A stretch of 64,000 bases of DNA from Octopus sinensis (taxonomy: Eukaryota): contig NC_043005.1 in NCBI RefSeq assembly GCF_006345805.1, positions 15,314,001 through 15,378,000 on the forward strand, read 5' to 3'. The position numbers were made by a program, and so were the translations under genes. This document shows positions 63,431 to 64,000 of this stretch, in pieces. The number at the start of each line of letters is the position of its first letter. Positions within the stretch are counted from its first letter, which is position 1. Under the pieces are notes generated by a model. The model did no database searches and was not told the origin of the DNA. It saw only the letters and a list, made by a program, of their open reading frames with translations.

Positions 63431-64000
63431 TATATATATATATATATGTGTGTGTGTAGTAGAAATTAACAAGGATATATATGTTCACAAAAAAGAGTGA
63501 ATGAAAGAATATCTAAATTATACTCAATAATATATAATGCACTGTACAATGTATGAATGCAATGTTTAAAATGTATACTATATTACAAATATCTATATTT
63601 TAGCAAATGAAAATTGCAATATATTTTATATGGAAGTTCATTTATATTTATCATAGAAAAATATGCTGTGAACATATATTGAATACAATTTTTATATTGT
63701 GATGTATGTATGTTTTACGATAACAACAGTATATATAGGACATTAATAATATATGTGTATGAAGTGCATGCTACTTTGATTATTGACAAAATATACTAAT
63801 TTTGGAAAGTGAACTCAGATCAGAATCTAGACTAGTAATAACTTAGATCAGAATCTAGCTTAGTAATAAATATAGTGTAATGTGTCTATATTAAATATAT
63901 GCAATATATGCTATGGTAATGCATATATTGAATTTCAGTTTCTTTTTAAATGCCATGACTTTTGATGACATGAGCTTGCTGGCTTTATAAAAATACTAGA

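Overview
AT-rich, microsatellite-laden eukaryotic DNA whose repeat content points to an Octopus-like coleoid cephalopod (inferred, not database-checked). Most of the window (312-56363, minus strand) is one gene, an Ariadne-1/ARIH1 RBR E3 ubiquitin ligase. I assembled 11 coding exons with GT-AG boundaries and continuous phase (1161 nt, 387 codons: acidic N-terminus, UBA-like, RING1, IBR, RING2 with the catalytic Cys, start of the Ariadne domain); the gene runs off the left edge. Introns 1 (26.1 kb) and 2 (16.4 kb) and the upstream region are full of transposon debris: a decayed mariner, a Helitron helicase relic, an Academ-like relic with an inverted duplication, CR1 and RTE LINE fragments, at least four SINE-type families (several with clean TSDs), and hAT-, piggyBac- and mariner-type MITEs. 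The most unusual signals are two fold-back elements (62975-63385 and 51707-51961) carrying minimal hammerhead-ribozyme-like motifs typical of Penelope-like retroelements, a covarying 3' stem-loop shared between a CR1-type LINE end and the dominant SINE, a 112-bp duplication flanking an RTE tail, and a symmetric exon holding the ARIH1 autoinhibition residues. Nearly all other ORFs in the supplied track are repeat or microsatellite artefacts. TE family names and human ARIH1 comparisons are from memory and need confirming by search.
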